The translations under genes were made by a program, and so were the position numbers. Positions 1 to 13,600 of a stretch of DNA of 64,000 nt are shown one piece after another; the stretch's first letter is position 1, and each line of letters opens with the position of its first letter. Source of the stretch: Vicugna vicugna. Its lineage: Eukaryota. The DNA is taken from NCBI GenBank assembly GCA_013265495.1, contig MU063541.1, forward strand, positions 1,130,593-1,194,592, given 5' to 3'. Under the pieces are notes generated by a model, which was not told where the DNA came from, ran no database searches, and saw only the letters and a list, made by a program, of their open reading frames with translations.

Positions 1-312
1 CTGATTCACACGAAAGGAACTATTTGTTCATTGTACATACTGACATAGTTTAATACTGTTAAACATACTGAGGAGAGACACATCGTGCCTGGTGGGAACT
101 TTGTTTCTCTGTGGGACTCTCTCCACTCTGTGTTTTGTTTTCTTATTTCTGTGTGTCACTCTCACTGTATCTAAACCTCTTCAGGCTGGGAAGCGGGTCT
201 GCCCGCTTAGATGGATGAATGGATGGACGGATGGGAGGTGATGCAGAGGGAAGAGCTCAGGGTCATGAATCAGGGGCCTTGAATGCTCACCTGGTTTCTC
301 TGAACATTCACC

Positions 313-378
313 GTGACTTTGAGAAAGGCAAAAGCCCTCTCTGAGCTTCAATTTCCCCGTCTGTAAAATGGGAGAGCA
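313..378 (+). mobile_element. MIR core fragment
   Basis: gtgactttg...ctctctgagcttcaatttccccgtctgtaaaatggg. Confidence 0.6.
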
Positions 379-1270
379 GGGTTAGGTGGTGTCTGAGGTC
401 TCGTGCAGCTCCGGCACCCTCATCCTACTATTCTCCATGGTGTCCAATGGAATAACCCTGTCTATATCCTCTAAGGTCCCTTCCTCCTGTGTGCACATGG
501 TTGGGGACTGTGATGAATGTGCGGGGAGCCCTTGGCACAACTCTCTGGTCTTTGTTTCCCAGCCTTTCCACTGCCTCCCACCTCTTCCATACCCGTTTCT
601 TGGCTGTAGTCTCCTTAATTCTGCTTTCACATCTTTTTGTTCTCCATCCCTTTTCTTGCCTTTTCTAGGCTGGCATCCTACCCATTAGGAGCTCACAGCA
701 AGTGCCACCGGCCTCCCTTCCCCTCCCTTCCCTCTCCCAGGCCCACCTGCTTCAGGAGCCCCCTCCCCATGGGCCTCCCCATCTCGTCCCAGCAGCTCCA
801 GTCCCGAAAGGTTAAGCTAATAGCAGCTCCTTTCCCATCAGCTGCTCTTGTTTGCTCTACATAATTGCAGGAGAGAGGGGCTGAGAGGGGGCCTGGGCCC
901 TGAGTGGTAGCGGGTATAGAGGGAGGGGGTTGTGAAGCCTTGTCCCTGGGAAGGGGGGCTGAGGGCAGGTGGCATTCACAGAAATGGGATGGTAGGCTGT
1001 GGGGGAGCTGATCTTATGGGACAAGAACTGGGCAGAAGGCCCAGCTGTGGCAGAGCTGCCTGGAGAAGGGGGAAGGGGGTCCAGAGAAGAGTGACAGAGA
1101 CACTGCCGCTCCTGGGAGGGAAATAATAACAACAACCAGAGCCCGGAGTGTTCATCAAGCACGACTGCGCGTCAGACCCTGCACTGGGCACCTTGCTGGC
1201 TTTATCTCCCCGATCTTCACAACAACCCAAGGAAGCAGGTCCAGATCTTGTGTCCATTTTTTCTCTTGTG

Positions 1271-1352
1271 CCCATTTTACAGGGAACTGAGGCTCCAGGA
1301 GGTTAAATCATTGCCCGAGGCCTCATGTTGCTAAGTGGCAGAGACTCAAACA
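1271..1352 (-). mobile_element. MIR fragment
   Basis: cccattttacag..gaactgaggct...ggttaaatcattgcccgagg. Confidence 0.6.
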
Positions 1353-3429
1353 GAGACTGCTCTTAATCAGTTCTTCTGCTCAGAGAGGGTCAGTGCTTGC
1401 AGGGACCTGGGAGGCCTACACATTGTCCAGAGAGGCAGAGGGAAAGGGATTTGTCCAAAGTCGCAGGGCAAGTTGTTGCCACAGCCGGCCTGAGGATTCA
1501 GGCCTGGTGCAGAGGTGTTGCTCCCGGTCTGAGCCTGTCCTCCTGGAGACTTCCTGGGGATGGAGGTCTCAGGGGAGGGGTGATAAGGCAGGCCGCAGGC
1601 CTCCCTGGGAGGAGGGTGTGGAGGCCGAGTGGGCGGGGTGTGTGCACGTGTGTAGCGTGAAGGAGGCACACCTGGAGATGCCACCTCTCTGCCAGGGAGT
1701 GGCAGCCCTGGCCTCTTGCTGATTTGAACATCTTCAATAATTCCTCAGGGACACAGCAGTGAGCAGAAGATGGGGTGGGCAGTGGCAGTGAATTTAGGCC
1801 AGCCTTGAAAAATTGGAGACAGGAAATCAGTGTGCCTGGTCCTCATCCTGAGCCCTCTCAGTTGCAGACTTGGGGCCATGCTGGCCTGCACATTCCTGCC
1901 TCTCCTCTCAGGTCTGGGGCACTGAAGATCTGCTCTTATTAGGATAACCTGCCTCTTGTTTTCCTCCCAAGGGATGGATACTCTTGGGGTAGGTACTGTC
2001 TCCCCCTTTAGACTTGGGGTCTTCCCAAGGCAGGGATTGTTATCTCTCTCATCAAATTGGGCTCCCAGGGCAGAGGGATTGAGTCTCCCCATCAGACCAA
2101 CACTCACCTAAGGCAAAGATCGTGCCTCCCTCATCAGATTCCTTCCCACTCCAGCCTGTACCTCTGTGATCTGATGGTCGCAGCAGCAGCAGCATTGACT
2201 CCATCCTGACTGGCCCCTTGCCTCCCTCCTCAATACCACCCCAGCATTGAGTTATCCTGTCCTTTCCTGACTTCCTGGGTTCCCACCAGACTCCTTGCAG
2301 TGACCTGCTACCAAGGGATGCAGCTCTCCCAAGAGGTCGCTCTTCCTTCAGCTTGGCCTTAGCAATGGTCAACATGACAGCTACTTCCCTTAACCTCATG
2401 GTAAGCATCCAAATGCCCCTGGCTGGTCCTGGCCATTTCCCACATTTGCACCATTGATGGGACCCCTGATGACAATATAGGTGCAGGGTTGGTGGGTGGT
2501 GTGTGCCTCAGAGGCCATCTTCCTTGAGAGAAGATCTTCCATACTGTGCTTGGACACCTCCAGCCCAGGGCACTCAGTGCCCTTTGGAAGATTTCTCTTG
2601 TAGAGAACTGCATGTTTTCTGGAGAAAATGTCCAAGAAGCCAAAACCCATCTCCTTGTGACAATCCCATGCAAACCTGATATTCCCTGCACGTCTGCCTG
2701 CAAGTCTGCAGTTTGCCCAGAGCTGGGGTGCTCCATTCAAGAGTTGCATCTCACTGCCTTTCATGGATGCCCCAACCCCAACATCTGCAGCTCACTCCAT
2801 GCCCAGGTGCATGTACCTGACTCCCATCAGCACCGCAGGGGGCAGCTGTGAGGGGCCAGGTGAGCAGATGGTCTCATTTGTATTCTGAGCGGTCAGGCTA
2901 TGCCACAGCTTTCTCCGTGAGAACTCCATCGTCTCCCCCAGCTCCACCTTTCGAAGCTTCTCCCAGCAGCATCAATAATGGGAATCGATTCATCAATGAG
3001 CATCCTGGCCTTGAGGCCCACAGCCCCTGTGGAGCTCTGCTGCATCCCTAAGCACTTCAGCTCCCTGCCCACTTCATCCCCCAAGTCCCATGCATCACTT
3101 CTAGGACCCTGGCCCTGCCCTTTCCCTCTGCCACAATCCCAAGAGACTAAACCTTCACCTTAGCCCCAGGACAGTTTTGCTTTGACTCAGCCAGAAGTGT
3201 AGCCCTAGGCTGGAGGAAGCCCTGGGGCAGGGAACCAGGGGTTGAGCTCAGGTTGCTTTATCAGGTACCAAGCAAAGTAGCCTTCAGAGCATGGGAACTG
3301 ATAACTTTGTCCCAACTTTCAAATACTGACTGCAACATCTACCTCTTAACACTGATTAATCAAGTGATCATCCCCGGCAGTACTGACCAACCGGTGACTC
3401 AGCCCACCACTGATGGCCCCATGCCCAGC

Positions 3430-4068
3430 TGATGCAGGAAAACGGATGTGGGAAGTGAGGAAGGCCATGTCCCAGGTCTTGGTGGAGCCCTTGGAACGCA
3501 CCTTGCCTTGGCTTCATGCAGGAAAGAATTCAAGTGCGAGCCACAGTTGAGTGAAGGTAGAGTTACTTAGAGAGATACATATTGCATAGAGGGTAAGGCA
3601 AGAGAAAGGCAAGGAAAGAGGTGTAGAAATTGCGTGCTCAGGTTAAAGTAGAAGTCGGTACACACTCCATAGACAGAGTGCGGGCCGTCTCCAAAAAGGA
3701 GGGAGCGAAAAAGGGTAGCCAGTCATGGTGTTGCCAGTTTTTATAGGCTTGGTAGCTTCACATGCCCACAGGTGGGACCATTCCAACTACCCTGGGGAAG
3801 GGGCTGGGATTCCCAGGAATTGGGCCACCGCTCACTCTTTGACCTTTTGTGGTTAGCCTTGGGGCTGTCGTGGTGCCTGCCAGCATGTTATTGATCATGG
3901 TAATATGTTACAATGAGCATATAATGAAGCTCAAGGTCTACTAGAAGTCAAACCTCCTGCCATCTTAATCCTCAAGGCCAACTGGGAGTTGAATCTTCCA
4001 CTATTTTGGTGTTAATTGCTGTGTCATTCCTTGAATGGCTGTGCCCTGCCCCCTTCTATCCTGCCTCA
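3430..4068 (-). mobile_element. ERV1-type solo LTR (~639 bp)
   Basis: Minus strand starts TGAGGCAGG and ends CCTGCATCA (TG...CA). Flanks CAGC/CAAC form a 4-bp TSD with 1 mismatch. TATA (CCTATAAAAA) at 3747-3738 and CCAAT upstream of it. Confidence 0.7.
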
Positions 4069-7000
4069 CAACCAACAATCTAATATCGATAACCCCTGAT
4101 GGCCCGACATCAATATGTTAACACATCCTTTCAAAGCTGGCCACCCATCACTAACATCTCTACCTCAACATTCAGTAATCACCCTCTCTGCAGATTTCCC
4201 CAAACTGTAGCCACTCTCCACTGCCCATGTAGGATTCTACCTAACAGGGTCCCCACCCCTATCAGTGATTATCACTGTTGCTTTCTGCTGGACCCTGTGC
4301 TTTTGCAACTCTTAGATATCTGCTGGTCACAGCTGGACTGCCCTAACCCTGCCTGGACAGTCATCTGAACTTCCTTCGGCTTCTGGGTCCTGTCCCATCA
4401 GCCAGTGTGGAGCCTTTTGTGTCTCCAGTCCTGCGCCTCTCCATCTGACCAGGCCCTCATGGCTCCTCCCAGCCAGCACTGACCATCTACATAGAGTTTG
4501 GTAGGGAAGGGCTTTTCTCACTGTCCTTGGAGAAGTCTGCTGCTGCTTGCTGGACATCTCCATCACCCCCCCACCGGCCCGCTCCCTTCAGAGTATTAGT
4601 TGCTAGGAGTGACCATCTGTGGAGGGTCATGGCTCTGGGCTGGGCTGATCTCACAGGGAAAACCCTAAGATTGCTGCTTTTGATGTGAGCTGTAGGTGGA
4701 AGGAGGCACCTCTCCCTGCCCGCCTCCTCCCAGAGCCAAGGGAAGGGTGGGGGCGGGGGTTCAAGGTGAAGCAGTCTGGGGAAGGCTCTGAGAGGATAGG
4801 ATGGACTGGAAGTGAGAGAGGACACAGAGGAGGACGCTAAAAGCAGGGACGGGCACTTGCTGGGCAAGGGGAGGAAGAAGCAAGGAGCTAAGAAATGGCT
4901 GAGAGGTGGAAAGTGGGCGCAGTTCTCAGCACACGGGTCTGTGCACTGCCCGGCTACTCTCGCCCCTTCCTCCTGCCCCTGCTTAATGGAAGGCTCCGTG
5001 GAGGCTCATACAGAGCCACTGCTCCTGATCCCCCTTCATCAAAGACTCAGCACCAGGGCCATTAATTAGATGAGGGAGCAGCTGCTCTGGGGCCAAGTGA
5101 CAGGAAATCACTCTGTCCCTGGAAGCTCTGGTCCAGCCCTGGCCCCAGGGTTGGGAGGCTGTCTATCCACCCTCATCCTCTGTGGGGCCGTCCAGGGACT
5201 CGCATTAGCCAACTGTGATCCTTTGCCTGTGGCCAACTTTGGAGCCAGGGACCAGGACCATACTCCAGGGGGAAACTGGCTCCTGGATTTAACTCTGGCA
5301 TGCTTTGTGTCCACGGTCAGGTCATATCCCTTAGTTTCCTTATCGTTCCAACGGGGAGGCTCGGTTCCTCTTTCAATGAAGTTGCTGCCCCAGCTGTGCT
5401 GAGGGATGATCTTTGAGCTCCTCCTTTCCTCTCCGGGGCACTGCCACAGGCTCCCTGTCAGTTGTCCCAAGCTGAAATTGCCTGATGGCAATGACTTCTC
5501 CTGGATTCTGAACCCTTTTCCTGCTCTTTAGCCCCACCTTGGGGATCCGAGGAGAGTCACTGTCTGCCCAGGTGGTGGAGAGGAGGACACTCACAGGACG
5601 GCAGGGAGGGAGAGAGGGCTCTGGGGCTGCAAAGCTGCTCAAGGCCAGCTGGCTCAGAGCAGAGGACGAATCAGGGGACACACAGGGGGCTTTGGGAGCT
5701 GAAAGGATTGGAGAAGGAGGAGACGGAAAAATGGCCAGGAGTCAAGATACCTGTCACCCCCAGGTGATGGGGCAGAGCTCCTAGAGTGTCCCTCCACCAC
5801 TAGAACTTCCTGAGTAGGCAAGTAGGAGACAAAAATGCTGCAGTGGTACCTTCCAGCTGCACAAGTCTCCAAGGCCGTGTGTCTAAGGCTGACCAGGGAA
5901 CAACCACATGCTGCGCTGTCTGCTGTGGGGGTGGGGATGATTGGGATGGTTAAGATGTGGCTCCTGATGGACAGGCCCTTACTTTCCAGTGGAGGAGATG
6001 GGACTCTTGTCCAAGAAACCACAGGAGTGCAGCATCCACTGAACCTCCATGTGTAAATATTCACACACATAAACACTCACACTCAAGGGAGATGGCAGGA
6101 GTGAGGTTGCTGTGTGGGACCAACCACGGGAGGTCGAGGAAGGAAGAACCCCAGGAGGATGCCAACAGCTAGAAAAGTCTCAGCAGGAGGTGGGAGTTAG
6201 TTTGGGTCTTTGGGATTACACAGGACATGGATCTGTGGAGGGCTGATGGAAAAGGCATTCCAGGCAGAAGGAGCAGCCTGTGCAGACAAATAGGGGAAGA
6301 TGGGGGCCTGGGGGGGAATAGGTAACCAGCTCTGAGAAGCCTAGAGTGCAGGCAAGATGTGGAAGAAGCTGGAGCGTGTGGCTAAGGGACCTCTTGAATA
6401 CTCTTTCAAGGCATGAACGTTATTTTCTGACCCTCAGATCTGAGTATTTGCTGATTGGTTAGGTGTGCTTAAGGGCCTGATGGGGCAGGGTGTTTGAAAT
6501 ATGGGTCATCTTGGAAAAGCAGGTATTTTTGACTATGGAAACTTTTCTCTTGTGTTTTTCCCACTCCTTCCCCCATTGCAGGTCATACTAGTTGGATTCT
6601 GGGGCCCATCTTCTAGGAGCCCGAATCCCCAGGGGCAGATGGAATTGGGGGTCCCACTTCCCCAGGAACACAGTTAAGGCCCTGGTGTCCTCCCCCTGAC
6701 TCTGCCCATCTGTCCTAGGCTGAGCTGCCTTTCTACTTCTCTAGCTAAAACCCAATCCCATTCCTGCTGGTCCCAGGGCTCCCCCCAACAGGACAGAAAT
6801 CAATGAGCAATTTGCTGCTATTTGTAGATCTTTCCTTGCTGGCCCCCAGCCTCAGCCGATTTTGACCAAATTCGGCCCTACCTCCCTCTTTGGTCAGATG
6901 GACAGGCACTGACCCAGCCACGTGGAGCCTGGTACCCAGTACCTGGGGGGATGGGGGTGGGGAGTGGGTCACAATCCAGAGGCCCATGCAGGTGACAGAG

Positions 7001-7934
7001 CTGATTCTTTACCTGAGTAAACTCCTGAGAATCTAGAGGCAATAAGGACAAAGCAAAGCATCAGCCAGCCCAGGAATCTGCATTTTAAAAAACCCTCCAA
7101 GGGATTCAGATGAGGCTGGCACAGGTATTGCTGGGAAATTAATAGCATTGGCCATTGTCAGCCTTCCTTCCACTTGCTAGCTGTGAGACCTCACTGACCT
7201 TCTCTGTGTCTCAGTATCCTCATCTGTAAAACGAGGGCAATGATAGCTTTAGCCTCCGAGGGTGATCCAGAGGATTAGCAGAGAAAATGCAGGCATAGGG
7301 CTTAACTCAAAGCCTAGCACTTAATAGGCATTCAATAAATGATTGATGACAACGGCAAGCAAGTCTAAGGGCTCTGAGCACCAGCACACTGGCCTTCCCT
7401 GGGGGTCCCTGCGTGGTAAGCCTGGTATAAGCCTGGTACCTGCCCCAGAGTAGCGCACCCATGCCCCCTCCCACTGCACTGGAGGCCTATTACGAGTCCC
7501 TGTGTGGTAGATGGGAGAGGCCTCTTGGGGATGTGCAGAGGTGGACATGATCTCTAGGTATGGAAGGAAATAAAACTTTGACTCCCTGGGGAATCCTGAC
7601 CCCCAAGTCAGAAGGCTGCTTGAGGAAGCTGTAAGATGCTTCCTATTGAAGGGGTCAGAAAGGGGCCCAGTGGGAGACTAGACACCCCTAGGTGGTCCAT
7701 TCCTAATGTTACAGGGAAGGTCATAGGGAGCCTGGGGTGGTGGTGGGAAGGGGAGGGGTAGTAAGGCAGAGGAAAGCTGGATGCTTCCTTCCTGTGGGGG
7801 CTGGTAGCCAATTCTAGAACTTCATTCAGCCTTTTCTCTGACTCAAAGGAACCCCGAGGTGCCCACTCCTCACCTCCAGAGACACAGGCTATAATAGTTA
7901 CAGGTGGGGATTTTAGCTCAGCTTACCTGGGTTT

Positions 7935-8827
7935 CTTTTTTCAAATTCATTGAAGCATAATTTGCATACAATAAAATGCACACATTTTAAGTGTTCAATC
8001 TGATGAGTTCTGACAAATTTATATGTACATATAACCACCCCTACAAACAGGATATAGAACATTTTCATCATCCCAAAAAGCTCCCTCGTGCCCCATCCCA
8101 GTCGATCCCCAACCTTCCCCCAGCCCCAGGCAACTACTGATCTGCTTTCTGTCACTATAAATTAGATTTGTCTTTTCTAGAGTTTCATATAAATAGAATT
8201 ATGTAATATGTACTCTTGGTATCTGCCCACTTTTTTTTTCACTTTTCATAATGTTTATGAGATTCATCTGTGTTGTTGTTTTGCCAGTTCATACCTTTTT
8301 ACTGCCAAATAAGGAATATATGACAATTTGACCATCTGTTGATGGACATTTGTGTTGTCTCTAGGTTTGGGCTGTTGTGAATCAGGCTGCTGTGAACATG
8401 CGTGTACAAGTCTGTACGTGAACATATGTTTTCATTTTCTTGAGAAAATAGCTAAGAGTGAAATGGCTGGGTCCTATGGTAATTGTTTAACTTTTTAAGA
8501 CACTGACAAACTGTTTTCTGAAGTAGCAGTAGTGTTGTACATTTCTACTCTCAGTGTATGAGCGTTCCAGTTGCTCCACAATCTCTCCAACGCTTAGCAT
8601 GGTTAGTCTTCTAATGGGTGCACAGTGGTATTTGTTGTGGCTTTAATTTGCATTTCCCTGATAATGAGTGATGGCCAATATCTTTTTCATGTGCATGTTG
8701 GCCATTCTATAGCTCCTTCTAACCACTTGACGATTAGATTGTTTGTCTTCTTCTTATTGAGTTGTTCACAAAGCCCTTTGTCAGATACATGTATTGCAAA
8801 TATTCTCTCCTGGGCTGTGGCTTGCCT
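7935..8827 (-). mobile_element. L1 (L1M-type) 3' fragment
   Basis: AT-rich with typical antisense L1M 3'-end phrases (gcataatttgcatacaataaaatgcac; gatggacatttgtgttg; gctttaatttgcatttccctgataatgagtgatg). Confidence 0.8.
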
Positions 8828-8840
8828 TATTATTTTCTTA

Positions 8841-9010
8841 GTTGTCTAAATCTTGAGTCTGCTAGTTCCATGTGTGCAATCTTGAGCAAATAACTTAGTC
8901 TTTCTGACCCTTAGTTTCCCCATCAGTAGAATGAGAATAATAGGATGTATGACACAGAAGTATTGTGACATTTAACTTAGTTTATGTGTGAAGTGCCTGA
9001 ACCCAGAGGA
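8841..9010 (+). mobile_element. MIR
   Basis: cttgagcaaataacttagtctttctgacccttagtttccccatcagtagaatgagaataata. Confidence 0.6.
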
Positions 9011-9979
9011 GGTCCTCAACTCCTAGTATCCATTACTGCTATTCTTCTCAGGCAGCTGATGGCCTCTCCTTCACCTCTCCTGGGTCTGACCCTGATGTGG
9101 TAATCTCTTTTCTGTCCATCTGGCTCCTGAGGATCCCACTGGCAGCCAAGGCAGGGGCTGGAAGGGGGCAGGATGACTTCTGACAGCATCCCACATGAGG
9201 CTGGGCCTCCATCCATCCTGGCTGTTGGCCAGATACATAGATTTTGGGGCCAGGGGACCACAGAGTGCTGGGCCCAGAGGTCCATCACCTGGAGCTTTGG
9301 AGAAAGGGAAAGTGATTCTGGGAACCCACAACTCCTACCTGTGGTCCCATAATTGTTCATGCACACCTACAATCCCTTAGGCACAAAATCACTGCACATG
9401 CATGCAAGCCCATTGCACTCCACCTGGCACCAGCACAGATTCAGACACTTACACCAAGAGTGAAATGCAGTGATTGCCTGCCCCCAGCTCCCATTGCCAC
9501 TGATCAGGAGTGGCAGGCTCACTGGCAGACCATGTATAATTCAGAGGTTTGACTCAAAATAGGTCTATTCAGGCTCAGCCTCTTGGACAGGAGAGGAGGA
9601 GCAGCAGGAGAAGAAAGGGGATGGGGATAGTGACCCCAGTGGAGACTCTAGAGTCTGCCTCCCACTCGGGGTGCCAGGGCAGAGCCTAGGGAGAAAGAGG
9701 AGCCTGTAGGGCTCCTTTCCCAAGTTGAGGGGGCCCCTCTTCTCCCTCCCCGACTCACATCCCCAAATTCTCCAGCCTAGGGAGAAAGTGTCCCCCGAGG
9801 GCCAGCTGGGAGGGCAGCCTGGAGAGCTGCTCTGCCCACTCGGGCCAGTCACACCTGCTAGGTCCTGGAGTCCCCACCTGCACGTCTCCAGCTCCCTGAC
9901 ACTTCCTCAGGGCCCAGGGTGAGGGACAATGCTTAGTTCTCAGGCGTCTTTGTCCTAAGCCTCAGGTCTTCACCATACC

Positions 9980-10240
9980 AATCAATCAGTTGATAAGTCC
10001 ACAAATATTTACTGAGCCCTCTCGTGGGCAAGGCTAGGGCCTAGGACATTGGAGGGCACCCACGCTGTACACAGAGGCTCACAACTTGCTGAGAAAGCAG
10101 GATATTCACAGAAAGGACAAGGACAGGCCAGGAAAGGACAGGTCACCAGGGTCAGGGATAGGGGTTACATGAAGGCTTCCAGCTGAAGAACTAAATTGCA
10201 CCAGGCCTCCTGGATGAAGGTTGGGATTTGGGGAGGTGAG
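9980..10240 (-). mobile_element. L2 3' fragment
   Basis: aatcaatcag...caaatatttactgagccc...gctagggc is the antisense L2 terminus. Confidence 0.55.
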
Positions 10241-10477
10241 AGGGTGGGAGGCGGGGAGCATGAGCTGGATAGGGGTGCTGGAAGGTTCAAGGCAGTCTGG
10301 ATGTCAATGAGAAGACTGGCTGATGGAACTGGGGTCATGTGAGGAAGTCATGGGGGTGGCCTGGCGTGTCCTTCACCCTCCATAGTTCAGCAGGGACAGG
10401 GAGCACACCATATACAATCCCCTGGGGCTTTCACTCAAGATTCTGTCACATGGTGACACTAACCATTCTGCTTTGGT

Positions 10478-10640
10478 GTCAGCCTACTTGGGTTCAAATC
10501 CTGAGATGGCTACTTCACTGCCCCAAGGCCTTGGGCAAGTGACAAAACTGTACTTGTATCCTCACTTGCTACATGGGGGGAATAACAGTCCCTACCCCAT
10601 GGCCTTGGTGAAGGGATACGTAAGAAAGGCACAGTTGATG
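10478..10640 (+). mobile_element. MIR
   Basis: cctacttgggttcaaatcctg...ccttgggcaagtgac. Confidence 0.55.
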
Positions 10641-13600
10641 CTCAGCCAAGGGGCCACCCTGACTGTCTCATCGACCATGCCTTCCCCACCCGGGCAGAGA
10701 AGCGGCAGTACCCAGTGCCTCCAGGACCCAGGGAGCTGACCCTGGGAGGGTGCTACTGCCCAAGCATGAGAGATGGTGCCACCAGATAGAAAGCAAGAGG
10801 GCTTCTTGGCAGAGGAGGCCTCTGAGCTATGATTTGATTCAAGGCACCTGACTCCAGAACACCTCTAGGCAAAGTGGACTAGTGGGCCCATGTCCTGGGG
10901 GCCACGTTATCCGTGGGGCACGACGCTCCCCGGGATGCCATGGGAGTCCCATGAAGCTCTGATTTTGCTTTGCTGTGTTTTCTCCCTGAAGAAAGTCAGC
11001 GTGTGGGTTGCTTTGACCTTAGGCTCTGGAGGGGTCCCTCCCTCCCTCCTCACTACCTGAGTCTCCATCTCTCGGGGCCTCTGAATCAGTCTCTCCACCA
11101 CTCTCTGCCTCCACCTCTCTTAGTCTCACTAATTTTGTCTTTCTTCCTGTCTCGCCCTCCCTCCCTCCCTCATTCCAAGTCTCTCTCAGGCTCCTGTTCC
11201 ATCTTCCCTACCTCTCCTTTGCTCTCCTGTCTCTCCAGGGACCTCCCCAAACTCCGGGCTCTCTTCCTGGGACTGGATGCAGCTGGGGAGCAGGGAGGGG
11301 GTGCTGCCTCTGAGGGGCCCGCCCCAGGCCCAGCCCTATCGATTAGGGCTCTCTTCAGAGGGAGGGAGACATCAATGACTCTGCTACAAGCCCTGCCAGC
11401 GCTGCTAATATTAGCCCGGGAAGGCAGCTCACTGATGGATTAGGAGAAATTAAGAATTCAGATTCTGTAATTTGAATTGGAGGGCCGCTGCTCACTGACA
11501 GCTCATACTTCCCCAGAAATTAACGAGTGAAGGAGGGATGGCAGTGCCGGTTTTCCTCTTTGACAATATAATTTTCCCCTGTGATCTGAACCTTTGAAAC
11601 CTCAGCCCTAAGCAGGCACTCGCCTGGAGGGTGGGCTCCTGTTTGTCTCAGATCTTATCCAAGATCCTCTTGAATTCCAGAAATTCCTGGGAACTGGCCT
11701 CCTCATTCCCGACAGAGCCCCTTGGTGCTCTCAGTGTGAGGTCAGCCCACGCTGGGGGAGAGGCCAGAGGATCCCCAAAGGACAGGCTGTGGGGCACAGG
11801 CAGACCTTGCTTCCCGTTCCTCCTGGCTCCTTGTGACCCTGGGAGTGTCTGAACCTGTCCGTCTTCAGCTCAGGACCCTAGTTTATAAAATGCAGAGTAC
11901 AGCTGCCCCCTCCAGGGTGTGTTGTGAGACACACAACGTGCTGTTTACCTTCCTTCTCTCTCCCTCCCTGCCTCTCGTCCCTGGGCATCTCGGCTGTGTG
12001 GTCCTTCTGGAAGCCCACCAACCTCTCCATGGCCAAACCGTGCCCAAACGCCCTTCCTGCAGGAAGTCCACCTGGCTTCGTCCTATCGAGACTAATGGCT
12101 CCTGAGTGCTCGAGGCCTTATTTCTTCACCATTTTCCTGTGAAGTCTCAAAGTTCCAGGTTATTCCTGGAAGGGGTGTCCTTTCTCCCAGAAGATTGTCA
12201 GCTTCCCTGAGGTAGAACTGGCACAGAGCTTAGCACCCAGTATATGCTCAATTACTGGTGACTGAATTTAACCAACACTTTTTATTCCCTTTGCGCCTGC
12301 CTAATTGTCCCTCCACCCATGCCCACCAAGTGCCTGGTCAGTGCTTGCTGATGACTGGCAGATGCTGGGATCCGCCAGGGCCTGGCCAGTCCTGCCTGTA
12401 ACCCCAGTGCCGGTGTCAGGGAGTGAGGTGCAGGGGGGCACATTCACTCCTGCTGTGATTAGCTCCCCAGAGAACATTCTCCAAGATGGCAGCTTATAAG
12501 CAACTTTTTAAAATTGTTGACACAGTGTCTCTTAAGGCAACGGGTAGAAGTCTTTGGAGAGAGTTCTGGGAAGGCCAGACCTTGAGACACACAGAGATAG
12601 AGTCACAGGTGACCCTTCCCTTGTCCCTCTTCCAGATCCCTCAACCTTTGGGGCACACCCCGCCCCTGCCCTCCTGCCCCAACCCAGGCTTACTCTCTCT
12701 ACCTGGCACCTGGCTGCACTCTGGCTCAGGGATAGGGAGGGACCTTCTCAGCCGCCAGGGCAGAAGGGCCTTGCATGGCTTGGAACCCACAGAATTGGCC
12801 ACTGAGGATCTAGGGTTGGATGTCCCCAGCATCATGGAGGACACACACAGAATCAGCTGAAATGTCTTCCTTCAGAGCTGGGTGGGACCCTAGGGGTCAC
12901 CTAGGATCAACCCTCTCTTTGACAGCTCGGGAAACTGAGGCTTAGAAAGATTACTATGTAGTGAAACCCAATTATCTGTCTAATAGACAGAAAGCTGGCA
13001 GAGTGACCCCTGGAGCAGGTAATCCCAAATCCCTCTAGAAGGATCTGCTGGATTCTGGAGAATCAGAAGCTCTTTCCAATTCTGCTTCCTTAGGGCTAGT
13101 GTTTGAGCAAGAGTTTACCCTCCACCCCAGGGTGGGCTGGGGCTGGAGGCAGAGAAAAAAGATTGACAGAAAAACAGTTTTCTAAGTGACTGAGGGTCAC
13201 AGTGACTGAGGGTGCTTTGGGCAGGAAACACAGCTGCTGGAATCCTGTCTGCTCCCCCAACTTGCTTGCCCGGGCAGCCCCCTACTAGCACCACCACCAA
13301 AGTTTTCTCCTCTGCTGAGATTAACACCAGATGCAGGATGAGTATCAGGGAGAGGGTTGGGGTCTGGGGAGAGTGGCTGGGAAGCATCTATTGCCATTCA
13401 AGGCTCAGGGGCTAGCGGGCTCCTGCCTGCCATTCCCATGCCGCTGCTCCCGCACCTGCCCCCGCATGGCCCCTCTGGTGCCCAAATCGCCTTTTCCCAG
13501 ATCCAATTAAAACGGTGTTTGGAGCAAGGTTGAAATAATCACCTAATCATTTTCTCCAGTAAAGTTACTGGCTAGAACCCGATTTGAAGGCTGAGCTGGT

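Noticed and set aside
13185-13213. 16-bp direct repeat AGTGACTGAGGGT(CAC); also a 12-bp repeat at 46177-46204
   Set aside because: Ordinary slippage micro-duplications with no functional context.
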